DNA of 64,000 nt, taken from the NCBI GenBank assembly GCA_035285865.1, contig JAYKHS010000004.1, forward strand, positions 32,001 through 96,000, given 5' to 3'. Positions 28,198-37,958 of this stretch are shown in pieces. The stretch comes from Candidatus Sericytochromatia bacterium (GTDB lineage: Bacteria; Cyanobacteriota; Sericytochromatia; S15B-MN24; VGJW01). Position numbers and translations under genes: made by a program. The first letter of the stretch is position 1; each line of letters begins with the position of its first letter. The notes under the pieces are model-generated. The model saw only the letters and a list, made by a program, of their open reading frames with translations, did not search any database and was not told the origin of the DNA.

Positions 28198-30450
28198 TCA
28201 TGGGCCCAGCAAGGCCCGCAAGCTCCAGCGTGCCAGTTCGGGACTTCTTCGGGCAAGCGTCGCCGCGACTTCCGGTCGTGCAGCGACGCGCCCCAGGGCG
28301 AGGAGCACGGGGGCCGGGCGGCCTGACAGCACGGAGACAAGCCGCTGCCCCATCCACGGGTCGGCAGCAGCGTTCGCAAGCAGCAGGTCGATCGCCGCCT
28401 GCAGGAATGGGGTCAGCGGAATCGGGGCGGCTGCAAGCGCGAGACAGATTCGCATCAAGGCCTCGTCGGTCAGCTCGCCTGCGGCGTCCATCGTCTCGGG
28501 TAGCCAGGTGCGTGCCAGTTCACGAGCGCCCGGCGAGCCGGGCAGGGTAGCCAGCCAGTGGGGGAATTGCTGCCACCACGTGCGCGGCTGTCGGAAGGTC
28601 GCCTCGACGAGGTCGGTCGCCACCGGCAGGGCGCGGGCGGAGTGCGCGGGCGGATGCTGGGCCAGTGCACGCAGCAGGGCCAGCAAGAGGGGGTCGTCGT
28701 GGGGTTGCTGTCCGAGGCGGCCGAGGCAATCTCCCAGCCAGGCGAGGCCGTCCTCGGAAACGAGCCATGGCCCGAGGCGTCGGGCCAGATCGACCACGTC
28801 CAGGCGCTCGAGGTCCAGATCCCGGTCGATCAGGGTGGCGAGGCGTGCACTGTTGGCTCGGGAATCGGCATCCGGCTGCTTCGGCCAAGCCACAGCGATC
28901 AGGGCATCGCCCAGGGGCCGCCCGTCCCCCGCCAGCAGCCAGTCCATGGCCTCCGGCAACCACGCAGCCGCGGGTAGCGGTTGCTCCCGGGCTGCCATCT
29001 CGAGCGTGGCCGTGATCCGATCGAGGTCGAGCCTGCCATCCGGCAGCCATTCGTGCAGCAGTCGTTGCCGCAGTGACGGTTCGGCCCCCGTCAGCATCAG
29101 CCGTGCAGCCGCCGGAAGGGCCACCTCGAGGAACTTGAACTCGGGCCACGTGGCCAGAACCATGCCCTCCATCGTGATGGCTGTCCGGGCAAGCGTGGCG
29201 AGTGTATCGGGAAGGTGGAACGGCTGGTCCTCGAGGATCAGCGTCAGGCGTTCGAGGACCTCCCCGAGGGGCAGCATCCGCGTGCCCTTGCGGCCAATCT
29301 GGATATCGACCAGATCGCGCAGCAGCGGCACCAGGCGGTCCCGGTCGACATCCTCCGGGAACATCCCGAGGCCGGTCAGGCCATCGATCAGGCCTTCCCA
29401 ATCCTCCCGCACCAGATCGAGAAAGCAGCTCACGAGGGCCAGGCGCACCGCCGTCGGGAACGTCGCGACGAGGCCCCAGTCCAGGTAGGCCACCTCGCCC
29501 TTGGGGGTGACGAGAATGTTGCCGGGGTGGGTGTCGGCGTGGAAGAAGCCGTGCTCCAGCAGTTGCGTGACGAAGCACGTCACCCCGAGGCGCACCGGTC
29601 CCCGGAAGTCGACGCCCATTCGGGCCATGCCTTCCAGATCATGGAATTTGACCCCGTCGATCCACTCCATCACGAGGACGCTGGAGGTCGTCAGTTCGCG
29701 AATCGGCCTCGGAGCGAGAATGCCTGGAGTTCCGGCCATGTTGGCAAGGAACCGCTCGGCGTTGGTGGCTTCCGCGAGGAAGTCCATCTGGGCTTCCAGA
29801 CCGCTCAGGAAGTCATCGGCCATCCGCTGCCACGGCAACGCCTTGAGGCGAAGCAGGCCGGCAGGTAGACGCCGCCCGGGACGCCGGGCAAGCACTCGGG
29901 TCCACCACGCAAGGAGGGCTGAGCCTGATCGCAACAACGCCCCGTCCACCGCGATGCGTCCGGCGAGGTCCGGGCGACGGATCTTCACGGCGACGGACTG
30001 GCCGTCGTGCAGGCGGCCGCGATGGACCTGGGCCATCGAAGCCGCCGCGTGGGGTACGGGATCGACCGCGCAAAGCAGCGTCCCGAGCCGATCGCCCAAC
30101 TCGGCGCGAAGCACGCCAGGTGCGTAGTCCGGTGGCTCTGGGGGGACGGCATCCTGTAACAGCTGGAGAATGTCGCGCCAAGACCGGGGCAGGATGTCCA
30201 CCCGGGTGGAAAGCGTCTGTCCCAGCTTGATGCCTACGGGGCCCAGGCCGACGAGTCCGTGCAGCAGGCGACGGGCGGCACGTCTCTCGGCATTCAGGGC
30301 ACGGTCTTCGCGCCCGAGATGTGCCCAGATGCGCGCTGCTGTCAGGGCTGCCAGAACGCCGAAAGCAACCCGAAGCCAGGCGATCAGGCGCAGCGCGCGA
30401 CGGGTGCCGGCTCTCGCCGTCACCGGCCGAGTGTCGGCCTTGGTCTCCAC
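28198..30450 (-). CDS. ABC1/UbiB (AarF) family atypical kinase with long C-terminal extension
   Basis: LGPVGIKLGQTLSTRVD, AASMAQVH, VAVK, FFHADTHPGN, DWG. Confidence 0.88.
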   Translation of the reverse strand: METKADTRPVTARAGTRRALRLIAWLRVAFGVLAALTAARIWAHLGREDRALNAERRAARRLLHGLVGLGPVGIKLGQTLSTRVDILPRSWRDILQLLQDAVPPEPPDYAPGVLRAELGDRLGTLLCAVDPVPHAAASMAQVHRGRLHDGQSVAVKIRRPDLAGRIAVDGALLRSGSALLAWWTRVLARRPGRRLPAGLLRLKALPWQRMADDFLSGLEAQMDFLAEATNAERFLANMAGTPGILAPRPIRELTTSSVLVMEWIDGVKFHDLEGMARMGVDFRGPVRLGVTCFVTQLLEHGFFHADTHPGNILVTPKGEVAYLDWGLVATFPTAVRLALVSCFLDLVREDWEGLIDGLTGLGMFPEDVDRDRLVPLLRDLVDIQIGRKGTRMLPLGEVLERLTLILEDQPFHLPDTLATLARTAITMEGMVLATWPEFKFLEVALPAAARLMLTGAEPSLRQRLLHEWLPDGRLDLDRITATLEMAAREQPLPAAAWLPEAMDWLLAGDGRPLGDALIAVAWPKQPDADSRANSARLATLIDRDLDLERLDVVDLARRLGPWLVSEDGLAWLGDCLGRLGQQPHDDPLLLALLRALAQHPPAHSARALPVATDLVEATFRQPRTWWQQFPHWLATLPGSPGARELARTWLPETMDAAGELTDEALMRICLALAAAPIPLTPFLQAAIDLLLANAAADPWMGQRLVSVLSGRPAPVLLALGRVAARPEVAATLARRSPELARWSLRALLGP

Positions 30451-30550
30451 GGTCTCAGGGTACCGGGTTGCGTCCGTTCTGTGAGGGAAGTCCTAGCGAT
30501 GAGACCTCGGGCGGCTTCAGGATCGGCCTCGGGAGAGGTAGCCCTTCAGC

Positions 30551-32944
30551 ATGCGCAGCAATATCGTGGGGATCGGACTTCTGGCCGCCGGCCTGGTGCT
30601 GGCCGGTCCGGCCGAGGCACGTCGGGTCCGCAAGGCTCCGGCCACCGAGCGCCGGACGTCGGAGCCGGGTGAGGGCGGCGGCAGGACTGCAGTCGCACAG
30701 GCGGAGCCGAGTGCGGGTGACCCGGCCCTGCAGGAGGCCTACCCGCGGGTTCAGGCTCTGGCGGTGACGCAGGCACGCCTCGTGCAGGACGTCTTGTCGC
30801 AGACCATCCTGCTCATGCAGGGCTTTGCCGACGGCAATCCGTCCGAGGGTGCTCGGGCGTTGTTGCGGTGGGCCGACAAGGGGCAGGATTCGGTGCGCGT
30901 TGTGGCGTGGCAATCGGGCGACGGTATCGTGCCCCGTGCGCTGGAGGTGCTGACGACCGGCAAGCCTTGGGTGGGTTCTCACCGGGTGGCCGGCCAGGCG
31001 CGCATCCTGGTGTTGGTCCCGATGGTGGAGCGGCATCGCCTCGTGCGTGCCGAATTGGCCGCGGACCGTATTCTGGCGCCCTTTGCCTCGGCGCGCATCG
31101 GTGAAGAGGGGCGGATGGTGTTGCTGGATGCCGGCGGTGCGCCGTTGTCCTCCGTGGCCGGTCGGCCGCTGGCCTTCGGGCCGGACGCCCTGCTTCCCGC
31201 CATGGCCCAGCCTCAAGGCACCTTCGAGAGCAGCAGGGCCATCTACGGTCTGGCACGCATCCAGCCGTCCGACTGGGCCGTGATGGTCGAGGCACCCAAG
31301 GCCGCACTGCGCGCCGGTGGCGAGCTGCCTGACGAGAATCGCCTGCGTGCGGCTTGGCCTGTCGACCCACCCATCACCCTCGAAGCCGAGGGCGAGGCTT
31401 TCCCCTGGCGGTTCGCGATCGGTGGCGGGTTGTTGCTTGCGCTCGGCTTCGGCGGATGGCGGATGCTGGGGACGTGGCGTCGGCGTCGCCCCGAGGAGTC
31501 GATGGTGCTGGATGGTGATTGGGGCGATGTGCCCATGGACCCCGAAGCCGCTCCGCCTCTGGCGGCCGTGGCCACGGACGGGTTGGCCGAGGCGCATCGG
31601 GAGGCGCGGCGTGAGCAACCCGAGGAGGATCATGTCCTTCGCCAGGCCGTGCAGCAGCAGGGGCGTGACCACGAACGGATGCTGGGGCAATTGCAGCAAT
31701 CGCTGGAGTTGACCATCGAGGAAACGCGTCGGCAGTTCCACGACATCCTGGAAGTCCATCAGGGACGCATGAAGGCGCTGGCAGCCGCACTCGAGACGAC
31801 GCGGGCGGATCTCGCCGGCAAGGCCGAGGGCGAGGTGATGACGGCGACGCTCGAGGAGCTGCGCACCCGGATGTACGAGGCCGAAGCCGATCAGCGCCAG
31901 CAGGGTGCAGGCCTCGAGAAGCGGCTTTCCGCGGTCCAGAAGCGTCTGGGCGAGATGGACCAGACCCTGGGCCGCGCCGTCGACGACCTCAAGGACAAGC
32001 TCTCGGATGACTTGCTGGGTCGTCAGGAAGCGCTCGCCCGGGACATGGAGATGCTCGAGGGCAAGACCCGCGACACCTTGCGCCAGATGGCCCAGGATGG
32101 TGCCCAGGCCAAGTTGCACGGGGCCCAGGCCGCGGAGCGGGCCGCGGAGCTGGAGGGCCAGTTCCAGCAGTTGCGCGCCAAGGTCCTCTCCGAGGTCGAG
32201 GATGTCCGTCGCCAGGCCATGAGCGATCTGTCCTCGCTGCGGCAGCAGATGCATCAGGTCGATCTCGCCCGGGAAGAACTCAAGGACACCACCGTGCGCT
32301 TCGAGGCCACGCGTGCGGAGTGGGAGCAGTCCGGTGCCCTGTTGCACCAGCGGATGGCCGACGAGTTGGCCGCCTTCCAGGACCGCCTCTTCGAGCGGGA
32401 GGGGCAGGTCGAGAAGTTGCGCATCCTCGTCGAGGAGGCCGTGTCGCGCTCCGAGCGGCTGTCCAGCGAGGCCGAATGGAAGCGCGAGCGCACGGACAAG
32501 GATCTGGACTTGCTCAAGGGCAAGGTATTCCTTGCGGCCGAGGGTCTCGACAAGTTGGGTGGACGCTTCGAGGAGTGCCTCGATGACGTGACGGCCCTGC
32601 ATGCACGCATGGAACAACTGCAGCAGGAGACATATCGTGGGCGGGAGGACCTGAAGGAGTTCCGCACGCAGGCCCAGCAGGAGATGGCGGCAATTCTGGC
32701 CGAGCAGCGAGAATCCCAGGGCAGGCTGCTGCAGTTGGTCCAAAGCCTGGTCAAGCAGTACCAGACCTCGCGGGATGTCGATGATCGCGTCACCCAGGCC
32801 CTCGAGGAACAGGAACGGCGCATGGCCTCCATCAACCAGGATCTGCTGGCCATTCGCCATGTGGTCCAGGCGAGGCCGGGCGTCGGGGCGAGCAACGGTC
32901 CGGTCCCCGGAGGCGCTCCCGGGGCACCGAGGTTGCTGCCGTGA
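30551..32944 (+). CDS. Membrane protein: periplasmic Cache-like region, TM helix, long cytoplasmic coiled coil
   Basis: Signal peptide (AEA), ARIGEEGRMVLLDAGG and SDWAVMVE Cache-like strands, TM FAIGGGLLLALGFGGW, then roughly 400 aa of E/Q/L/R heptads. Confidence 0.6.
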   Translation: MRSNIVGIGLLAAGLVLAGPAEARRVRKAPATERRTSEPGEGGGRTAVAQAEPSAGDPALQEAYPRVQALAVTQARLVQDVLSQTILLMQGFADGNPSEGARALLRWADKGQDSVRVVAWQSGDGIVPRALEVLTTGKPWVGSHRVAGQARILVLVPMVERHRLVRAELAADRILAPFASARIGEEGRMVLLDAGGAPLSSVAGRPLAFGPDALLPAMAQPQGTFESSRAIYGLARIQPSDWAVMVEAPKAALRAGGELPDENRLRAAWPVDPPITLEAEGEAFPWRFAIGGGLLLALGFGGWRMLGTWRRRRPEESMVLDGDWGDVPMDPEAAPPLAAVATDGLAEAHREARREQPEEDHVLRQAVQQQGRDHERMLGQLQQSLELTIEETRRQFHDILEVHQGRMKALAAALETTRADLAGKAEGEVMTATLEELRTRMYEAEADQRQQGAGLEKRLSAVQKRLGEMDQTLGRAVDDLKDKLSDDLLGRQEALARDMEMLEGKTRDTLRQMAQDGAQAKLHGAQAAERAAELEGQFQQLRAKVLSEVEDVRRQAMSDLSSLRQQMHQVDLAREELKDTTVRFEATRAEWEQSGALLHQRMADELAAFQDRLFEREGQVEKLRILVEEAVSRSERLSSEAEWKRERTDKDLDLLKGKVFLAAEGLDKLGGRFEECLDDVTALHARMEQLQQETYRGREDLKEFRTQAQQEMAAILAEQRESQGRLLQLVQSLVKQYQTSRDVDDRVTQALEEQERRMASINQDLLAIRHVVQARPGVGASNGPVPGGAPGAPRLLP

Positions 32945-34605
32945 CGGCGAAGGAGCCTACAGCCCGGCAACAGGAGCCGATATTCTCCGACCAAGCAGAT
33001 CCGACTCCGGCTCGCGCCGCCCTCCTCGCGGGGGGCGCCTTGCTTTTGATGGCTTTCGTCGTGCGATTGGGCATGTGGCATGTCCGCTGGGGCAATGCCA
33101 ATCAGGTGAATGACGATGGTGCCTACTGGGCAGGAGCCCTTTCACTGCTTGAGGGCAAGGGCTTTTGCCTGGCGTGGGCACCCGTGGACATCTCGATGGA
33201 TCGTTTCCCGCCGGGCTGGTCCATGCTGCTCGTCGCTGTCCTGCGCATCTTCGGCACCGGCTGGGAGGGTATCTTGGGAGGCCAGGTGCTTGTGCTGATG
33301 TTATGGGGAGCGACTCTGGCCGTGGCCTTCCACTGGGCCGCGGGTGCCCGGTTCTGGCCCTGGTGGTCCGTGGGGCCTGGGCTCGCGCTGTTGGCGGTCA
33401 ATCCCCTCATCATCGAGAATTCCGGGTCCCTGATCTCGGAGGCCCTGTTTTCGCTGTTGCTGATGGTCGCCTTCGTACTTTGGACCCGAGTCCAGGATGG
33501 CCCCCACATGGCGGCACTGGGCCTGATCCTAGGCTATGCCTTCATCACCCGATATGCGGCCTTGCCCCTGTTGGGCATGGCCTTCATCCACACCGTGCGG
33601 TCGCGACGCCTGGGGGCTTGGCCCTTCGTGCTCGGAGCTGTCCTGCCCATCGGTTTCTGGGGACTGTGGTGGTGGGCCTTCAAGTCGACGGGCTACGTTT
33701 CGCAAATCGCATATTGGACCCAAGGTGACGTGGCCTTCAGGCTCGGTTCACTTGGGCTGTCGTTCGCCCGCAGCTTCCTCCAAGCCGTTCCCTCGCTGCT
33801 GCTGCCTGGTGTTTACTTCGCGCGCTTTCCTGAACTAACGCCCCTGCCGCTAGGCAGTCCGGCCCTCATCGTGCTGGCGCTGATTCTCGATGCCACGCTC
33901 GTGACCCTGTTGGTCCTTGGCTGGAGGAGATCTCGGTTGCCGGGGACGCTTGGTCTCGGTATCGCAGCCTATGTCCTGATGGTCACCATCTGGCAGGCCG
34001 GGTTCCTGAATCTGGCGGAGCACTTGCCGTTGCGCCTGCTCCAGCCCGTACTCCCCCTGTTGGTGGTCGTCATCGCCGCCGAGGCCGTCGTGCAGGCGCG
34101 CAGGCTTTCCGGGCCTTGGCGCCTGATTCTGCCTGCCTTGCTGGTGCTCCAGGCCGTTGCCTTCGTGGACGGGGTTCGCGGGGCCGAGCGGATGCAGCCG
34201 TATATCAAGGCCATGATGTTCTTCCACGAGATTACGCAGGACCGATTGGCCGACGAGGTGCGTCTGCTGGCTCCGCGGGGCTTGCTGGCCTCGGACTCCC
34301 CGGGCTTGCTTTACCAGGCCACGGGTCGCAGGACACTGTCCTTCTCGGGCGTGGATCCCGGCATCGAGCGTGCGATTTTGCTCGATGGTGTCGTGGCACT
34401 CCACGTACCGCTTGCCATTCGTCCGGACCTGGGACCGGCCCAGACGTGGGCAGGCATGACGTGGCTCAACGGCCGCATGCCGGGCCTGCTGCGCAAGGTC
34501 CACACGACCGCTGGGCCTGCTTCATGGTACGTGGTCAATCAGACCGTGATGCAGCGTTGGCGCAAGCACCTGCTGCTGGGGGACCTCCGTCCCAACTTGC
34601 GTTGA
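32941..34605 (+). CDS. GT-C (ArnT/PMT-like) membrane glycosyltransferase
   Basis: DDGAY..A.SL..G.G, RFPPGW, SEALF, ITRY motifs; many TM helices. Confidence 0.7.
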   Translation: MTAKEPTARQQEPIFSDQADPTPARAALLAGGALLLMAFVVRLGMWHVRWGNANQVNDDGAYWAGALSLLEGKGFCLAWAPVDISMDRFPPGWSMLLVAVLRIFGTGWEGILGGQVLVLMLWGATLAVAFHWAAGARFWPWWSVGPGLALLAVNPLIIENSGSLISEALFSLLLMVAFVLWTRVQDGPHMAALGLILGYAFITRYAALPLLGMAFIHTVRSRRLGAWPFVLGAVLPIGFWGLWWWAFKSTGYVSQIAYWTQGDVAFRLGSLGLSFARSFLQAVPSLLLPGVYFARFPELTPLPLGSPALIVLALILDATLVTLLVLGWRRSRLPGTLGLGIAAYVLMVTIWQAGFLNLAEHLPLRLLQPVLPLLVVVIAAEAVVQARRLSGPWRLILPALLVLQAVAFVDGVRGAERMQPYIKAMMFFHEITQDRLADEVRLLAPRGLLASDSPGLLYQATGRRTLSFSGVDPGIERAILLDGVVALHVPLAIRPDLGPAQTWAGMTWLNGRMPGLLRKVHTTAGPASWYVVNQTVMQRWRKHLLLGDLRPNLR

Positions 34606-34726
34606 GCTGACGTCCGGCTGCTCATTCACTCCTGTGTGTGCGGCTGAAGTGATGGCTGCTACGTGCACGGAGCGATCAGTCCCCCGTAGTGAAGATGTAG
34701 GGCCTGGAGCCACCGCCCTGCAAAAT

Positions 34727-34761
34727 GAAACCGGGCCCTGCTTGCGCAAGGGCCCGGTTTC
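34727..34761 (-). terminator. Intrinsic terminator of the major pilin gene
   Basis: gaaaccgggccct...agggcccggtttc 13-bp stem, ATTTT tail on the minus strand. Confidence 0.75.
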
Positions 34762-34777
34762 GGAACGAGAGCGTCGA

Positions 34778-35500
34778 CTAGTTGTTCGGCTTGGCGCCAA
34801 CGGTGAAGTTGGGCCAACGACCCACTGCGTCTGCGGTGAAGCAGGCGTAACCCTTCAGGTACACCGAGCTGTTGGTGACCTGGTCATTCTGGACCACGAT
34901 GCGGGAGTTGGCGGAGTCCGAGATGTAGACCAGCGCGCCAATCAAGTTGTCGCTCTGGGTGGTGCTGAAGCCGGCGACGGGCTTGGCACCCGCGTGCAGG
35001 GCCGTCGCACCGGAGTAGCCCGAAGGGTTGGCAGCAAGGGCAGCCGCGGCATCGAGCGCGATGGTCGACGCGGTCGTGGCGCGGGTACCGTCGACGCCGG
35101 TGGCGCCGGCGGCTGCAGACATCGTCAGAACGGCGACGCCACCCGCATTGGCCGCAGTGTAGTCAGCGGCATAATTGGTGTGCGCGGAGTTCGGATTCAA
35201 GGACGATCCGATGACACCGCCCCAAGGGCTCTTGTTCCAGTCATCGGGGCGCTTGCGAATCCAGAGATCGTTGATGTCGCGAAGGCTGGTCGGGTAGATG
35301 CCCTGGTTCTGGGCGGCGAACTCCTCGATGACCTGCTGCAGGCCGACGACCTTGCTGCTGGCGCGGCTGTTTCCGGCCGAGTTCTTCGCCTGGTTGTAGA
35401 TGAGCGTCGCGCCGGCGATCATGACGATACCGATGACGATCGCGAGGGTCACCTCGATCAGGGTGAAGCCCTTCTTCTTGCGCGTGGCTTGCGAAATCAT
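34778..35500 (-). CDS. pilA: Type IV pilin, probable major pilin
   Basis: KKKG/FTLIEVTLAIVIGIVMIAG; strong RBS (GGAGGAAGGAG); own terminator. Confidence 0.8.
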   Translation of the reverse strand: MISQATRKKKGFTLIEVTLAIVIGIVMIAGATLIYNQAKNSAGNSRASSKVVGLQQVIEEFAAQNQGIYPTSLRDINDLWIRKRPDDWNKSPWGGVIGSSLNPNSAHTNYAADYTAANAGGVAVLTMSAAAGATGVDGTRATTASTIALDAAAALAANPSGYSGATALHAGAKPVAGFSTTQSDNLIGALVYISDSANSRIVVQNDQVTNSSVYLKGYACFTADAVGRWPNFTVGAKPNN

Positions 35501-35653
35501 AATTCTCCTTCCTCCGCATGAGGCACAACCGCTTGTGCCCTGTGTGATGGTGTACCAAACCTGGGTGATGACACTTTACCGCGTCCATGTCGCTTCAAAC
35601 GAGGGAACGTCCACGCCCTCAGGGTCTTTCAGGTGAGTTCATTATTCGTTACA

Positions 35654-36325
35654 TTACTCGCCAGTCTTCGCATCCTTCAACAAATCCCCACGTCCTTCCT
35701 TCTTGATCCAATTGGCTGCACAAGTGCGCATGGACGGGGACTTGGTGGTTCTCCAGATGTCGTACCAGATGCGCAGCGCCATGTCCTTGCGCGCCGAGGA
35801 CAGGTGCATTCTCGCGGCAAAGAAGGCCGCGGCGGGATCGGCCCCAGGCATGGACGCAGCGCGTTCGAAGGCCGTCGCCGCCTCTGCATATCGGGTGCTG
35901 TAGAGAAACAGCATCATCCCGGTCTGAAAGGGATACCACGAGTCCGTTGGCGAGGCTTTGGCTCCCTTTGCAAGAAGCCGAATGGCCCCATCGACGTCGC
36001 CGGCGTCCCCCAGCGCAACCGAACCGATCTCATAGGCGGATCGCAACCTGGGGTCCAGGGTCACGACCAAGTCCAGGAGCGGGGCCACGTTATGGAAGGC
36101 ACGGCCATGCGTCAACCAGTAGCCCCAATACGTACTGAAGCGAATGTAGGCAAGATCGGCCAGAAACCCGTCAAAACCTGCTGCAATCGCTTTGGCGACT
36201 CGGGGAGGAGGGACGGACTGCAGTCCGGGCAAGCGAACGCGAGCCGTGGCCCAGCCCTCGAAGGTCCACTGGATGGACGTGAAACCCAGCGAAGCAATCA
36301 ACATCGCCTGCAAGGGGGCCCGCAT
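35654..36325 (-). CDS. Membrane-anchored TPR-like protein (pilus accessory)
   Basis: N-terminal hydrophobic segment, LADLAYIR, VTLDP, helical repeats; follows the permease. Confidence 0.6.
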   Translation of the reverse strand: MRAPLQAMLIASLGFTSIQWTFEGWATARVRLPGLQSVPPPRVAKAIAAGFDGFLADLAYIRFSTYWGYWLTHGRAFHNVAPLLDLVVTLDPRLRSAYEIGSVALGDAGDVDGAIRLLAKGAKASPTDSWYPFQTGMMLFLYSTRYAEAATAFERAASMPGADPAAAFFAARMHLSSARKDMALRIWYDIWRTTKSPSMRTCAANWIKKEGRGDLLKDAKTGE

Positions 36326-36328
36326 CCG

Positions 36329-37102
36329 TCAAACCTCGCGGCGCAGGATGGAGAGCGTGGCCAGACCCAGAAACAGGAAGGTCCAGGCGAGCCCATAGCC
36401 ACCGGCCCACAGGGCATCCTGCAATCGAAGCGGATCTCCGTAAACCACCTGGTTCTTGACGTCGAGCACCTCGAGATTGGGCACGATTCGCAGCATGAAC
36501 TCGCCGAACCAGCGAACGGCGTCAGGCGTTTCGGGTTGCTGGGTGAAGGTGTGGATGGTGGAGGTGGTGTGTCCCACCAGAAACAACCCGAGGCAGTAGG
36601 CCAGGCCGAGCGTCGGTGAGGTCAGGCTGGAGAAGAGCAAGGCCATCGCCGTGAAGACGGTGGCTTCGATCAGCATCAAGGGGATAGCCGGTAGCAGGTT
36701 CATGGGCACGAAGCCGCCCAGCAACCCGTGAATGGCCACGAAAGCCAGCGTCATGGCGATGCCCAGAGCCAGAAGCACGGCACCGATCCCCAGCAACTTG
36801 CCAAGGAGGTACTCGCCCCTGCGCACCGGTTTGGACAACACCAGGAAGATGGTCCTGCGGTCGATGTCTCGGTGAATGCCTTGACTGCCCAGCAAGATAC
36901 CAACCAGCAGCAGAAGGATCTGGATGAAGGCAAGCGCGAGGTCGCGAATGACTTTGGCCTCAGATCCGGCGGAAAGGTTGCCGGCGAGGAAGGCCCCGGC
37001 CATCAGGACAACTGCGAAGAGCCCGACGAGATTGAAAACCCGATCGCGTAGGGCTTCCTTGAAGGTGATGGAGGCGAGATGGTACCAGCGCATGGGCGAC
37101 AT
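36329..37102 (-). CDS. ABC-2 type permease (PilI-like)
   Basis: TFKEALRDR, DIDRRTIFLVLSKPVRRGEYLLGK; about six TM helices. Confidence 0.8.
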   Translation of the reverse strand: MSPMRWYHLASITFKEALRDRVFNLVGLFAVVLMAGAFLAGNLSAGSEAKVIRDLALAFIQILLLLVGILLGSQGIHRDIDRRTIFLVLSKPVRRGEYLLGKLLGIGAVLLALGIAMTLAFVAIHGLLGGFVPMNLLPAIPLMLIEATVFTAMALLFSSLTSPTLGLAYCLGLFLVGHTTSTIHTFTQQPETPDAVRWFGEFMLRIVPNLEVLDVKNQVVYGDPLRLQDALWAGGYGLAWTFLFLGLATLSILRREV

Positions 37103-37154
37103 GATGAGGGATCGGGCCGAACTCGGGCAATGATCCGGTCGACAGGTGAGCCTA

Positions 37155-37958
37155 CTACTCCGAGGCAGTAACCTCAGTGTTCTTCAGGGTGAAGGTGATG
37201 GTGGGCGTGTCTCTGGCATTGTTGAGGACGGGATTGAGCAGCTCGGCACTCGCGGTACTGGGGTACAGCAGCAGGCCGTCGATAAAGGAGCCGGGGGTGA
37301 AGCCATCCTCCCCTACGCCCCACAGATTGGATCTGGCTTCGCGCCATTTTGCGTCCAGATAAGCCTTGGCGTCATCCGTATTCCGGAGGTTCAGGGTCCT
37401 GGTGAAGTCGCCGTCCGTTGTCGGTACGGTGATACGGATGGGGGTCCGGGTCGTCAGGTTACTCTGCAGGAGGCTGTTCTCCCACACGGCGCGCAGATTG
37501 TAGGTGCGCTGCAGGGTGACTGCCGTGTCGGCCAATCCCACGGGACTGTCGTCACGCGCGAGGTCCCCGAGGCTGAAGATGTAGATACTCTCGGTCGATG
37601 CAGAGAATCCGGCCGGAATGACCGAGAAGGTGGCATCACCCTCACCTCTCCTGGGGCCTTCAACCTCAAGAACCCAGTAGAGAATGAAGGGGATGCTACC
37701 TTCGATTCTGCTGAACCTGAACACTAAATCACGTAAGGTGTTCGTGGGCGGGCTGGGACTACCCGAAGCGTCCAGAGTGATGACTCGGTCGACTCCTGGT
37801 GACTGGTCCACTGCCAACTCCAGTGATGTAGACCGCGTGAAAGCATTGGAATAGAGCTGGGGAACGGACTGAGCACAGGCAGCCGTTCCGAGCATGACTG
37901 CGGAGGCCAGCAGCAGCTCCCTGACCCGCCTCCCAGAGTGCCGAAGGTATTCAGACAT
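37155..37958 (-). CDS. Hypothetical lipoprotein coupled to the secretin gene
   Basis: Lipobox TAAC; ATG overlaps the secretin 3' end by 8 bp. Confidence 0.6.
   Translation of the reverse strand: MSEYLRHSGRRVRELLLASAVMLGTAACAQSVPQLYSNAFTRSTSLELAVDQSPGVDRVITLDASGSPSPPTNTLRDLVFRFSRIEGSIPFILYWVLEVEGPRRGEGDATFSVIPAGFSASTESIYIFSLGDLARDDSPVGLADTAVTLQRTYNLRAVWENSLLQSNLTTRTPIRITVPTTDGDFTRTLNLRNTDDAKAYLDAKWREARSNLWGVGEDGFTPGSFIDGLLLYPSTASAELLNPVLNNARDTPTITFTLKNTEVTASE

Noticed and set aside
30455..32860. 801-aa minus-strand ORF
   Set aside because: Antisense shadow of the coiled-coil membrane protein
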